In this document: in pieces, positions 16,364-26,295 of the stretch
Numbering within the stretch: position 1 is the stretch's first letter
Layout of the letters: each line of letters begins with the position of its first letter
DNA from: Edaphobacter aggregans
GTDB lineage: Bacteria; Acidobacteriota; Terriglobia; Terriglobales; Acidobacteriaceae
Assembly (NCBI RefSeq): GCF_003945235.1
Contig: NZ_RSDW01000001.1
Location: 750,001-782,000 of the forward strand
Reading direction: 5' to 3'
Length of the DNA stretch: 32,000 nt
The notes under the pieces: generated by a model
Databases searched by the model: none
What the model saw: the letters and a program-made list of their open reading frames with translations, nothing else
Told to the model about the DNA's origin: nothing
Position numbers and translations under genes: made by a program

Positions 16364-17532
16364 GCTGCCCCCACCTTCGCCGCCAGCGCAATCGCACCAT
16401 CGGAAGGCTCACACACAAAGCACTGCGCTTCGATCCCAGTAGCCGCGGCATACTCGCGCCGCACTGCCTCCACGAACTGCTCCGTCTTCTCTACACTCAC
16501 CACATTCACAGTACAGCCCCCAAACCCGCCCCCCGTAATCCGCGCTCCAAAACACCCCGATTGCCGCATTGCAATCTCGACCAGCGTATCCACCTCGGCG
16601 CAACTTGCGGCGAAATCATCCCGCATGCTCGCATGAGCCTCAACCATCAACTTCCCGAACCGCTCCATATCCCCATCCAGCAAAGCCTCCCGAGCCGCTA
16701 TCACCCGCGCATTCTCGGTAATGATGTGCCTGCATCGCGCAAAGCTCTCCGGAGTCATCTTCCCTCTACAAGCCTCCAGATCCTCAAGCGTCGCATCACG
16801 CAGCAGCTCAATTCCCTTGCGTTCTCGGCGCAACACCGCCTGCCCAGCCTCGACCTCGTCACTCCGATCCCCATACTCCCCCGCCGCCACGTCATGCTTA
16901 ACCATAGAGTTGCAGATCACGACGCGCTCCTGCTCGGGCAGAGGCAGTAACTCAAACTCCAGCGATCGGCAGTCCAGCAACATCGCGCGATGCGCCACCG
17001 CACCCGTCACCACAAACTGGTCCATGATCCCGCTCTTGGCCCCCACATACTCGTTCTCGGCTCTGCGGCAAAGCGTGGCGATCTTCTCCATCGGCAGCGT
17101 CACCCCCGCATGCCCCAGCAAGGCCATCGCCGTGGCCACCTCAATCGAGGCGGATGAGCTCAGTCCGGCCCCCAGCGGCACATTCCCCATCAACGTCAAG
17201 CTGAAGCCCCCCACGTCAATCCCCTCCTGCAACAGGCACCACAGCACCCCCGCCGGGTAGTCGCTCCACTCCCCTCGCGCACGTCCCAGCGAAGCAATCT
17301 CAAAAGAGGCTTCTTCTTCAAAGTTGGCCGAGTAGAACACAGCCCTGCCATCCTCACGCGGACTGACGACAGCCGCCGTGCGGAAGTCAATCGCCATGGG
17401 CAACACGAACCCACCCGTATAGTCCGTATGTTCTCCAATTAAATTCACACGCGCCGGCGCCGAAAACAACTGCCCATTTCGATCAAACCGCTGTCGATGC
17501 GCCCGCAGCGCCTGCTCGTCATCCACCCTCAT
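16360..17532 (-). CDS. galK: galactokinase (GHMP kinase)
   Basis: Motifs [24 protein letters not shown] and [15 protein letters not shown], plus [10 protein letters not shown]. Confidence 0.9.
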   Translation of the reverse strand: MRVDDEQALRAHRQRFDRNGQLFSAPARVNLIGEHTDYTGGFVLPMAIDFRTAAVVSPREDGRAVFYSANFEEEASFEIASLGRARGEWSDYPAGVLWCLLQEGIDVGGFSLTLMGNVPLGAGLSSSASIEVATAMALLGHAGVTLPMEKIATLCRRAENEYVGAKSGIMDQFVVTGAVAHRAMLLDCRSLEFELLPLPEQERVVICNSMVKHDVAAGEYGDRSDEVEAGQAVLRRERKGIELLRDATLEDLEACRGKMTPESFARCRHIITENARVIAAREALLDGDMERFGKLMVEAHASMRDDFAASCAEVDTLVEIAMRQSGCFGARITGGGFGGCTVNVVSVEKTEQFVEAVRREYAAATGIEAQCFVCEPSDGAIALAAKVGAA

Positions 17533-17640
17533 TCAACGCACCATGCCGTATCAAAAATTGCAAGACAAACTCATCCTACAACGTCCGGCCCACTTCAATG
17601 TAACCGATTTCCTCAAACAAACACGCCACCCCGAAGACAA

Positions 17641-17700
17641 ACTATCGAAAACTGAAAATCCCCGGACCAGATGCGGACAGCTGTGCATCTGACCCGGGGA
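17641..17700 (-). terminator. intrinsic terminator downstream of the TonB-dependent receptor
   Basis: 16-nt arms TCCCCGGACCAGATGC / GCATCTGACCCGGGGA (17659-17700, with a 2-nt internal mismatch). On the minus strand they are followed by TTTTCAGTTTTCG. Confidence 0.7.
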
Positions 17701-17718
17701 TAGTGAAAGACAGCAAGA

Positions 17719-20700
17719 CTAGAAGACAAACCTTCCAGAGAACTGGAACGCCCGAGGATCGCCGCTGGCATTAGCGACCGCGCCGAAGGAGGCGGTATCT
17801 ACATTGACGCCAATTGTGTTGTTCGAAGCGTTATTGCCAAAATACACTCTGTTCGTCACATTCTGACAATCCACACCGAAGATGAACTTCGCACGCTCCG
17901 TGATGTCAAACTGGCGCCGCAAAGCGCTGGTCCAGTTGTAGACACCCATCCCGCGCAGAGCATAAGGCGCGATACGCGGCGCATCGCCGATCATATAGTT
18001 CCCCACGTCGCAGAATGGACCCGATGATGTGAGGCACGGAACCAGGGTCGTCTTTGTAGACCCGCTGCCGCCCCCAGCAATCTGGTTCAGACTAGTTGCC
18101 GAGGAATTGCCTGGATTCGCCGTCATGTACTTCATCGTACCGAGCGTCGCAGCCGTCACGCCCTTACCCCAGCCTCCGTTAATCCGCACCGAACCGAGGT
18201 AGTTCGGGTTGACGTCCGGCATACACGTACCCTGCCCGAGACTCTGGTTACCACCGCAAGTGGCAGTAATCGCCAGCGGCAGGCCCGACGTGTACTGGAA
18301 GATGTTCGAGAACGACCATCCTCCGGCAAGCGCGCGGACAAGGAAGTGCTCGCCGCCGATCTTGCCCTTTCCGAACGGAAGCTCGTAGACCCCAAAGATG
18401 CTCAGGTTCTGCGGCTGGCTATTGATACTCAGCGAGCGGTCGATGCGGTTCTGCGCCCAGGCATGCCCGGCGAGCGTCGCCGAGGCCGGAATCGCCCACC
18501 CGCTACGCGCTGTGCCGGCATCGTCGATATTCTTCGAATACGTGTAGTTGATATTCATCGTCAACCCATGCCACGAGCGAGCACCGACCGAAAGTTGGAA
18601 TGCGTTGTAGTTTGCGTTGGCGATATCGCCCCACGTGTCCGTCGTGCCGGAGTACTGCGGCATCCACGTCAGCATATGTGCGATGGTTGCATTCGAGTTA
18701 ACTCCTGCTGCCGCGACGTAACCCGCGTACGGAACCGGCAGCGTAAGGCCGGTTGCCGTCTGTGCCGCATTGATGTTGGCCTGCGTTGCCGGCAGACCGA
18801 GGTATGACTGCAAAGCAAACCACTTCGGATCGAGTTGCCCCGCCTGCAGACCACGCATATTGTTCGCGCCAGCGAGGAAGTGACTCTGGCTGCCGGCGTA
18901 GTTCAACGAGACTGTAATGGCGTTCGTGACTTCTTTCTGCATGCCGAAGTTCCAGAAGATGAACTGTGGCGCACGACCGGCCAGATACGGATCGGCATAA
19001 GCGATGCCTGTGCCATTCCCGCCGGACTTCCCAGCGGAGGTTACGTAGAAGCCCGTACCCTGTCCTTGTGTTGCCGCGCTAATCGGCGCTGGACTCGGCA
19101 GTACATATCCTGGTCCGCCGTAGTTGGCATTCGGTGACGAGAATGCCGGATTATTGTTCAGCCAAAATGCAGGAGCTGCAGTAGGCCCGGCGGCAACGTC
19201 CGTAAATGACAGCGCCGTATTGAATCCAGCCTGTCCCGTTCCGGTGCCAGCCCCGGTCGCTCCGCCCGTGCCGCCAGCATGCGAGAACAACACGCCCCAG
19301 CCTCCGCGGAAAACCGTCTTGTCGTCAGGTGAGTAAGCAAAACCGAGCCTCGGGCCGAAGTTCTTATAGAAGTTGTCTACTGGCGTCCGGCAGTTGCAGC
19401 TTACGCCCGCACCGCCATGGTTCCCGGCAAACTGCAGGGCTCCTGGATTTCCAGTAATTGGATTGGCGATGTTCGGATTGAGGAACGACCAGCGATCCTG
19501 ACTTTCCGTATAGGTCGGTATCCAGTCCCAGCGCAGCCCGAGGTTCAGCGTCAGCTTCGGGGTCACCTTGTAGTCATCTTGGAAGTAGAACGCATAGGGA
19601 CGGAAGCGTCCGCCTACCAGGCTGAACGGCTGAAGCGTCGTGCTCGAAGCGTTCACCGCACCCAGGAGGAAGCTGGCGTACGAGTACCCCGTCGTTGAGT
19701 CATAGCTGAAGCTCGAACCGCTCTTCGTAATATTGCCCGTCTCATTTGGACTCCAGGTGAGCGAAGTGGGCGTGGAAGGGCCGTCCGCCGTGCTGGCGTT
19801 GTTCTGCAGCCACTGGAGCTGCCCGCCGAAGTTCATCGAGTGCTTGCCCTTCAGCCAGTTCACGTTGTCCACAAGCGTAAATGTGTTCGAGACATTGGTC
19901 GTCGTTGGCGTATTGCCCACCCAGCCAAAGGACGTTGCGGAGGTAGTCGGACCCGCAGGAGGATTATTGCCGGTGAACGTGGTATTGGCTGCATTCTGCG
20001 AGCCCTGTCCCGCTGGCAGTCCAGTAATGCCCGAAGCCGCGAGCCCATACTTGCTGGGGTTCGTGCTCCCCGTAATGTTCTGAACGGGAGGGCCGCCAAA
20101 ATTCATGAAACCAAATTTGAACTGGTTTACAACATGCGGAGTGAAGGTAAACGTGTGCTGTAGATCTGCCCAGTGCCCGCCGACGGTCGAGATCGTGGTC
20201 GCATAGTACGGAACTGGCAGCGGCGCCGCAGTGGAGCTGGCCGTATAAGGAGAAGCGTGCCGGTTCCCGCCTGTAATGGCAAACGAAAGCGTCTGCCGGT
20301 CCGAGATGTTGTAATCTACGCGGCCCGAATAGAGCCAGTTGTCGTACCCCTGCGGTACACCACCGAGATAATTGTTGACGGTGCCATTATTTGTGCCTGG
20401 GCTGTTCGGCGCAGGCAGGAATTGCTGCTGGTACTGGGTGATCGGCGAAAGATAGCCAGCCGGAATGACGTTCTTGGTAGGGATGCCATTCTTCATGCCC
20501 ATGAACTGCTGGCGCGCACAGGTTTGGCTTGTCCCGGATCCTGTGCAAGCGGTGGTTGTAGGGTCGTAGATTGGTGTTGAGAGCTCAGTAAAATCGCCCT
20601 GCCGCATCAGCAACGTCGGAACCGTGGTCGCACTCGGGTTAACGCCCTGATGCGAGTGGAATCGGTCATACGTCGCAAAAAAGAAGAGCTTGTCACGCCC

Positions 20701-21675
20701 TTTGACGATGAACGGGATCTTGACCGGGCCGCCTACCGCGAAGCCGATTTCATTCTGATTCTCCGCCGGCTTCGGCCCCGGGACCGTCACCAACTGGCCA
20801 TTCTGAACCACCTGCTGCGTGTTGCCGCCGCCTGGCTTTGACGAGAACGACCAGGCATCAAACACCGTATTCCGGAAGTACCCGAAGATCGCGCCATGGT
20901 ACATATTTCCGCCCGACCTCAGGTTGTAGTTCTCGAGCCCCGCGCCCTGATACTCCGCCGAGAAGCCGCTCGTCACCACCTTCACCTGGTCGATCGACTC
21001 CAGCGGAACGATGTTGAACACCGGACGATTGTCGGCCTGCTGGCTCAGCGTCGTTATCGGCAGACCATCGACATACAGTTCACCGAGCCGCTGCGCCGTT
21101 CCACCGATGATCGAAGACCGGCCTCCCGGAGGCACCTGCGCTCCGGGCAGAAGGTTCGAGAACTGCGTGATATCGCGCTGCTGCAGGCCAGTGATCATGA
21201 TCGGCAGCTTCTGAATGTAGTTGTTGTCGATCGTGCCGCCAAGCGTTGGGTTCGTCGTCTCGAGCGCCGGTGGTGCGGCAGAGACGGTCACCGTCTCCGC
21301 CTGAGTGCCCGTCTTCAGGCTGATATTGAGGCCTACGTTGCTCATAGCATTGACAACGAGGTTTTCCTGCAGGAAAGTGGCAAACCCGTTGGCCGTGACC
21401 GTCACGGTATAGGTGCCGGGGTTCAGCGGGGAGATGTTGTAGAGACCACCGGAGGACGACGTGCGCACAGTCTCAATCCCTGTGGCAACATTGCGCGCGG
21501 TAATCGAGGCGTTCGGGACGACAGCGCCTGAAACGTCCGTCACCGTGCCGCTGATAGCGCCTTGACCACCGGTCTGCGCCACCACAGGAATAGCCATCAG
21601 CCCGCATATCACCAGAACAACCAGCCCAGCTACCCGATTCATCCAGCCAGTACTCCACATCTTTGTTACTCGCAT
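17719..21675 (-). CDS. TonB-dependent outer-membrane receptor with N-terminal carboxypeptidase-regulatory-like domain
   Basis: 1,318 aa from ATG 21675 (AGGAGG SD 6 nt upstream). Signal peptide ...LVICGLMAIPVVAQ. CarboxypepD_reg-like segment GAISGTVTDVSGAVVPNASITARNVATG...GTYTVTVTANGF. Plug/barrel-type sequence, and a C-terminal ...FSGRFVF ending in Phe. Confidence 0.85.
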   Translation of the reverse strand: MRVTKMWSTGWMNRVAGLVVLVICGLMAIPVVAQTGGQGAISGTVTDVSGAVVPNASITARNVATGIETVRTSSSGGLYNISPLNPGTYTVTVTANGFATFLQENLVVNAMSNVGLNISLKTGTQAETVTVSAAPPALETTNPTLGGTIDNNYIQKLPIMITGLQQRDITQFSNLLPGAQVPPGGRSSIIGGTAQRLGELYVDGLPITTLSQQADNRPVFNIVPLESIDQVKVVTSGFSAEYQGAGLENYNLRSGGNMYHGAIFGYFRNTVFDAWSFSSKPGGGNTQQVVQNGQLVTVPGPKPAENQNEIGFAVGGPVKIPFIVKGRDKLFFFATYDRFHSHQGVNPSATTVPTLLMRQGDFTELSTPIYDPTTTACTGSGTSQTCARQQFMGMKNGIPTKNVIPAGYLSPITQYQQQFLPAPNSPGTNNGTVNNYLGGVPQGYDNWLYSGRVDYNISDRQTLSFAITGGNRHASPYTASSTAAPLPVPYYATTISTVGGHWADLQHTFTFTPHVVNQFKFGFMNFGGPPVQNITGSTNPSKYGLAASGITGLPAGQGSQNAANTTFTGNNPPAGPTTSATSFGWVGNTPTTTNVSNTFTLVDNVNWLKGKHSMNFGGQLQWLQNNASTADGPSTPTSLTWSPNETGNITKSGSSFSYDSTTGYSYASFLLGAVNASSTTLQPFSLVGGRFRPYAFYFQDDYKVTPKLTLNLGLRWDWIPTYTESQDRWSFLNPNIANPITGNPGALQFAGNHGGAGVSCNCRTPVDNFYKNFGPRLGFAYSPDDKTVFRGGWGVLFSHAGGTGGATGAGTGTGQAGFNTALSFTDVAAGPTAAPAFWLNNNPAFSSPNANYGGPGYVLPSPAPISAATQGQGTGFYVTSAGKSGGNGTGIAYADPYLAGRAPQFIFWNFGMQKEVTNAITVSLNYAGSQSHFLAGANNMRGLQAGQLDPKWFALQSYLGLPATQANINAAQTATGLTLPVPYAGYVAAAGVNSNATIAHMLTWMPQYSGTTDTWGDIANANYNAFQLSVGARSWHGLTMNINYTYSKNIDDAGTARSGWAIPASATLAGHAWAQNRIDRSLSINSQPQNLSIFGVYELPFGKGKIGGEHFLVRALAGGWSFSNIFQYTSGLPLAITATCGGNQSLGQGTCMPDVNPNYLGSVRINGGWGKGVTAATLGTMKYMTANPGNSSATSLNQIAGGGSGSTKTTLVPCLTSSGPFCDVGNYMIGDAPRIAPYALRGMGVYNWTSALRRQFDITERAKFIFGVDCQNVTNRVYFGNNASNNTIGVNVDTASFGAVANASGDPRAFQFSGRFVF

Positions 21676-21771
21676 CGCCAACCTCCTGGAAGCCTTCACT
21701 CTGTCGCCCACGCATGCATGTCTCGGCCAAATGGTTCGACCACGTTATGTACGTTTTTTGGCTCGAACGAA

Positions 21772-21801
21772 AATCTACGGGAACGAGAAAACAAGTGTCA
21801 A
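21772..21801 (-). promoter_or_regulatory. sigma70-like promoter for the TonB-dependent receptor
   Basis: The minus strand reads TTGACA (21801-21796), an 18-nt spacer, then TAGATT (21777-21772). It sits in an unusually AT-rich 200-bp spacer, about 95 nt upstream of the ATG. Confidence 0.4.
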
Positions 21802-21817
21802 TAGAAAAATTGTTCCC
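21797..21817 (-). promoter_or_regulatory. candidate operator, motif RGAAAY-N8-TATTGR (receptor promoter, overlaps -35)
   Basis: The minus strand reads GGGAAC-AATTTTTC-TATTGAC. The TATTGAC part overlaps the TTGACA -35 box. Confidence 0.35.
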
Positions 21818-21875
21818 AAATCAAAATTTGACAAACAAATTTCTCGTAAGCAGCTATGTTGAAACCGCTCGACGT

Positions 21876-24458
21876 CTATTCTTCCCGCAGCACTTCCAGC
21901 GGTTTCTGCCCCAGTATCCGGTGACTCGCCACCCATCCCGTAACCACCGTTAGGGCCGCAGTAGCCAGCAACGCCGCCCCATTCCACACCCAATGGAAGT
22001 GATACGCCGCCTCCATCCGCACTAGCAGCGTCCTAGCAATCAGATTGGCAAAGCCAATCCCCACCAGCCCCGCCACCAGCCCCAGCACCGCAAACTCAAT
22101 CGAAAACACCGTAGCAATCCGAGCCCGCGTAGCTCCAAGCGTCTTCAGCACCACGACCTCACGAATCCTCCGATACCGCGTTCCAGCAATCGAACTCGCC
22201 AGAATGATAATCCCCGCAAAGATGCTAAACGCCGCCAGAAACTGAATTACATACGTGATCTGCAACACCACCGACCGCACCGTCTCCAGCGCCTGCGCAA
22301 CATTGATCACCGTAACCGTCGGATACGCCGCATACAGCGCCCGCTGCAACTCACCCACCCGTGCCGGATCGACATGAATCCCCCCATACCAAACCACCGG
22401 CAGGCCCTTCAGCGGAGCGGGCGGCAAAATAAACTCCGCGCGCGAATACGCATGTTGCCCATCCGACTTAATCAACGGACCCACCGTAGCGACAAACTGC
22501 GTATCCTGCGCGGCAAATGTAATGTGCGAGCCCAACTTCACTCCCAGTCGTTGCGCAGTCCGTTGCCCGATCGCCACCATCGGCTGCGTCTCCTTCGGGT
22601 CCCACCACTTCCCTGCCACAATCGTCGTCCCCGGCGGCGGCCCCTCCGACCACGTCAAATTAATCGACTGCAACATCCGCTTCGGAAAATTCGAAAGCTT
22701 GGCCTGATTCGCCGGAACCCCATCAATCGCGATAATCCGCGACGACACCACCGGCAGCAACTCCGGCTCCGACGTCACACTCTTCTGCGACTTCAGCAGC
22801 GCTCGCATCCCGTTTATCTCGTCGTTCGTAATGTCGATAAGAAAGACATTCGGCAGATTAGGCGCACTCGAAATATGCAACTCCGTCACCACCGCCTGCT
22901 GCACCAGGTAAACCGCCATAATCTGCATCACACCCATTCCCAGCGCCGCCAGAAGAGCAGCCGAAGGATTCCCCGGCCGATACAGATTCGCCAGCCCATG
23001 TCGCACCGCCGAAGGCAAACTCAGCCGTGTCGTATTCAAAAACCACCGCAACCCCGCCAGCACAGCAGCCGAAGCCGCCAGCAACACCGCCAATACCCCA
23101 ACCAGTCCCAGCGAAAACACCTTCCCCACAGTAGCCGAGTCCGAAAGCGTAGTAGCAATCGCCGCCAGCCCAGCCAGAATCAGCGCAGCCGCAGCAATCT
23201 GGGCCAGATTCTTTCGAAGCTTGCGAAAGATCGCCGTCACAAAAGGATCGTCGTTATCCTCCACCGCCCGCCGCAAGATCAAAATCGGCCGCACATTCCG
23301 AATATCCAGCAGCAGAGGCAGCGTAAACAGAAGCGTAGTCAAAACACCCGCGCCCAGCCCCGTCAAAACAGTACGCAACTGAATATGCAGATCCGTTTCA
23401 AAATTAACAAACTTCGAAAGGAAGTACGGAAACGCCAGCTGGACTCCCACACCAAGCGCCACACCCAACAAGCCCCCCAGCAAACCCAGCATCAACGTTT
23501 GCAGCAGATAGATCTTGATAATCTGCCCGGACCGCGCACCCAGCGACTTCATAATCGCAATCGTATCCAGCCGCTGCTGCAGATGCGCCCGCATCGCCAT
23601 CGCAACACCCACCGCGCCCAGTACCAACGCCACCAGACTCATCAGCGACAACAAACTTGTCGCCCGATCCAACCCCTGCGTCAGCGCCGGATTCGTCTCA
23701 CGATAGTCGACGACCTGCGACTCCGGCAGCAACTTCACCAGACGATCCTTCAAGTCCCCCACAGCCTTGTCCGATATCGGCGCGCCGCCAGCAGGCTTCG
23801 GAACCTTGAACAAAAATCTCTGCCCTGCGTGACTCCCCGGAGCCAACAGCCCACTAGCCTCTAACCCCTCTCGCGAAATGAGCACGCGAGGCCCCGCAGC
23901 AAAATTCCCCGACAAACGATCCGGCTCATTCACCACAACCGCCGCAATCCGAAACAGCTGATTGCCAATCTTTAGCTGATCGCCCAGATTCAGCTTCAGC
24001 CGAACCAGCAGATCATCCGCCACCGCCACAGCATCCGGCTTCAGCGTCTCCCTCAGCGATGCCTTAGGCGACAGCTCCACTTCCCCATAAAACGGATACA
24101 GCTCCGGATCGACAGCCTTCAGCGAAACCAGCAACGGATCAAGCGTCTTCGCCGCCGAAGCCATCGAAAGCAGCTCCGTCACAGGCGTCATCTCGATTCC
24201 CTGCTGCTCAATCTCGTCCAACCCCTTCTGCTGCTCAGGCGTCGGCTGCATAAACATCCGCGCCGAAAGGTCCGCCGCCATAATGCTCCGCGCCCGATTC
24301 AGCAGCGTCGCCCGAAACGAAGACGAGAATCCCCGAACCCCAGTCAGCGCAGCCACGCCAATGGCCACCGACAAAATCACAAAGAAGAACTTACCCTTCG
24401 ACGAGCGCATCTCGCGAACGGCAATCTTGGCAGCAGAACGATAAGAAAGGGTCGCCAT
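21876..24458 (-). CDS. ABC transporter permease, double FtsX-domain (YbbP/MacB-type, about 10 TM)
   Basis: 860 aa from ATG 24458, 1 nt after the ATPase stop. N-terminus MATLSYRSAAKIAVREMRSSKGKFFFVILSVAIGVAAL. Two FtsX-like TM bundles are separated by large loops. Confidence 0.85.
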   Translation of the reverse strand: MATLSYRSAAKIAVREMRSSKGKFFFVILSVAIGVAALTGVRGFSSSFRATLLNRARSIMAADLSARMFMQPTPEQQKGLDEIEQQGIEMTPVTELLSMASAAKTLDPLLVSLKAVDPELYPFYGEVELSPKASLRETLKPDAVAVADDLLVRLKLNLGDQLKIGNQLFRIAAVVVNEPDRLSGNFAAGPRVLISREGLEASGLLAPGSHAGQRFLFKVPKPAGGAPISDKAVGDLKDRLVKLLPESQVVDYRETNPALTQGLDRATSLLSLMSLVALVLGAVGVAMAMRAHLQQRLDTIAIMKSLGARSGQIIKIYLLQTLMLGLLGGLLGVALGVGVQLAFPYFLSKFVNFETDLHIQLRTVLTGLGAGVLTTLLFTLPLLLDIRNVRPILILRRAVEDNDDPFVTAIFRKLRKNLAQIAAAALILAGLAAIATTLSDSATVGKVFSLGLVGVLAVLLAASAAVLAGLRWFLNTTRLSLPSAVRHGLANLYRPGNPSAALLAALGMGVMQIMAVYLVQQAVVTELHISSAPNLPNVFLIDITNDEINGMRALLKSQKSVTSEPELLPVVSSRIIAIDGVPANQAKLSNFPKRMLQSINLTWSEGPPPGTTIVAGKWWDPKETQPMVAIGQRTAQRLGVKLGSHITFAAQDTQFVATVGPLIKSDGQHAYSRAEFILPPAPLKGLPVVWYGGIHVDPARVGELQRALYAAYPTVTVINVAQALETVRSVVLQITYVIQFLAAFSIFAGIIILASSIAGTRYRRIREVVVLKTLGATRARIATVFSIEFAVLGLVAGLVGIGFANLIARTLLVRMEAAYHFHWVWNGAALLATAALTVVTGWVASHRILGQKPLEVLREE

Positions 24459-24459
24459 A

Positions 24460-25245
24460 TCAGGACCGCGCGCCCACAGCAGCCACACCCGGCATCTCCG
24501 CAGGCTGCGCATTCATCTCATCCGAAATAATCAGCCCATCGCGCAGCGTAATTCGCCTGTTCGCATAGCTCGCAAGCATAGGATCATGCGTCACCAGCAC
24601 CAGCGTCGTTCCCTCCGTGCGATTCAGGTTCAGCAGCAGCTCCAGCACATGCGCCCCATTCACCGTATCCAGATTCCCCGTAGGCTCATCCGCCAGCACA
24701 ATTGGAGGCCGCAGAATAAAAGCCCGCGCCAACGCCACCCGCTGCTGTTCCCCACCCGAAAGCTGCACAGGATAGTGCTCCATCCGATCACCCAGACCCA
24801 CATTCACCAGCAAATCCCGTGCCCGCGCCAAACCAGCCTTCGCATCCTGAGCCTCGGCATTCAGCTCATACGGCAGTAGCACGTTCTCCAGCGCCGTAAG
24901 CGTAGGAATCAACTGATACGACTGAAAGACAAACCCGATCGTCTTACCCCGCACCTGCGCCAGCTTGTCCTCCGGCAGATAACTAATCGCCGCGCCATTC
25001 AGGTACACATTGCCCGTGCTGGGAGTATCCAACCCCGCCAGCAACCCCAGCAACGTCGACTTACCCGAACCCGACGAACCCATAATCGCCGCAAACTGTC
25101 CCTGCGGAACCGTAAAGTCCAAGCCCTTCAAAATGTCCACCGTACGTGGGCCATTGCGAATCGATTTACGAAGTCCTTCTACTGCAATCATAGGAGCCCC
25201 TTGAGGTTCACCTTGAAATACGGTCTCAACTGCGGATTGGTTCAC
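24460..25245 (-). CDS. ABC transporter ATP-binding protein (YbbA/LolD/MacB-type)
   Basis: Walker A GSSGSGKST, signature LSGGEQQRVALARA, Walker B VLADEPT. GTG start at 25245; the alternative is ATG at residue 19. Confidence 0.9.
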   Translation of the reverse strand: MNQSAVETVFQGEPQGAPMIAVEGLRKSIRNGPRTVDILKGLDFTVPQGQFAAIMGSSGSGKSTLLGLLAGLDTPSTGNVYLNGAAISYLPEDKLAQVRGKTIGFVFQSYQLIPTLTALENVLLPYELNAEAQDAKAGLARARDLLVNVGLGDRMEHYPVQLSGGEQQRVALARAFILRPPIVLADEPTGNLDTVNGAHVLELLLNLNRTEGTTLVLVTHDPMLASYANRRITLRDGLIISDEMNAQPAEMPGVAAVGARS

Positions 25246-25298
25246 CTGTCAGATCTCCCTTGCGTCTACATCATTGGAGGTTTGGTAGATTCATAACG

Positions 25299-26039
25299 AT
25301 GCGGCGAATTGGATTTCTTCTTATACTAGCGGGTCTCTCTCTCAACACCATCGGATGCAAGCCCGACCGCGCCACGCAACAATCATCGACCATTGACGCG
25401 CGCCCAACCGACCTTCCCCGCCAGGAGACCGCCTACCCATCAGTCGCATCGGCCTCGCCCGCCTCTGACTCCGATGCCGCAAAAGATCCCCGACCGCGCA
25501 TAGTCGCCTTCGGAGACAGCCTCACCGCAGGCTACGGAACCGAAGCTGGCCAGAGCTACCCCGAGTTCCTCCAGCAGGACCTGGACCGTCTCGGCTACCA
25601 CTACCGCGTCATCAACGCCGGTATCAGCGGAAACACCACCAAAGACGGGGTAGAACGCATCCCCTCCATCATCGCCATGAAGCCCGCCGTCGTCATCGTC
25701 GAGTTCGGCGGCAACGACGGCCTGCGCGGCCTGCGCATCGAAGACTCCCGCGCCAACCTCGACAAGATCGTCTCCACCCTCCAGGCCAGCGGAACCAAAG
25801 TCGTCCTGGCCGGCATCTCCCTGCCCCCGGACTACGGCCCCGATTACATCCGCCAGTTCAACGAAACCTACACTCTGCTCGCCAAGAAGTACCACGTCCC
25901 CCTGCTTCCCTTCCTCCTCAAGGACGTCTATGGAGTTGACGGCATGATGCAACACGACCGAACCCACGCCACAGCCCAGGGCAACCAGGTGGTGGCCCAA
26001 AACGTCCTTCCACTGATCACCCCACTCCTCAAAAAATAG
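25299..26039 (+). CDS. SGNH/GDSL hydrolase (TesA/arylesterase-like), probable lipoprotein
   Basis: Block I VAFGDSLTAGYG, block III FGGNDG, block V DRTHATAQG. Start set at ATG 25299, giving MRRIGFLLILAGLSLNTIGC (signal plus lipobox-like Cys). Confidence 0.85.
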   Translation: MRRIGFLLILAGLSLNTIGCKPDRATQQSSTIDARPTDLPRQETAYPSVASASPASDSDAAKDPRPRIVAFGDSLTAGYGTEAGQSYPEFLQQDLDRLGYHYRVINAGISGNTTKDGVERIPSIIAMKPAVVIVEFGGNDGLRGLRIEDSRANLDKIVSTLQASGTKVVLAGISLPPDYGPDYIRQFNETYTLLAKKYHVPLLPFLLKDVYGVDGMMQHDRTHATAQGNQVVAQNVLPLITPLLKK

Positions 26040-26164
26040 CCCTCACCGTTTTGGCCGCTGCTTTTGCCGTTGGTCTCGCTGTTGTCAACCCCATCCCACC
26101 CTAACCCATTCAAAACCAATAACATCCAAGTGCCAATCCATTACTTCCTCGCCGGTATAATAGA

Positions 26165-26295
26165 AATAGAAACAAAAAGAGCCCCAGGCAATACTGGGCT
26201 CTCCGTATTTAACCTGATACCTGATAACCAGACCAAGTCCAGACTTAAAGTCTCTCAATCGAATACGTTAGAACCAAAGTATAGGGGGAGGATAC
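26165..26295 (+). repeat. modular intergenic element, copy C
   Basis: Modules: hairpin AGAGCCCCAG-gcaata-CTGGGCTCT (26178-26202), TTTAACC (26208-26214), AAGTCCAGACTTAA (26235-26248), AGGGGGAGGATAC, which ends at the truB stop (tta at 26296-26298). Confidence 0.7.
26171..26202 (-). terminator. intrinsic terminator of the GT2-PTPS-PTPS-folE-truB transcription unit
   Basis: On the minus strand the hairpin AGAGCCCAG...CTGGGGCTCT is followed by TTTTTGTTTC. It lies about 95 nt downstream of the truB stop. Confidence 0.65.

Noticed and set aside
17594-17612. GGAAAT-N6-CATTGAA upstream of galK as a fifth operator site
   Set aside because: The spacing between half-elements is 2 nt shorter than in the four other sites, so it was not counted. 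It is mentioned only as a variant worth scanning with a PWM.
21826-21836. Near-palindrome TCAAAATTTGA in the AT-rich receptor upstream region as a regulator site
   Set aside because: It is imperfect (AAAATTT versus AAATTTT) and occurs once in generally AT-rich DNA. It is not distinguishable from chance.
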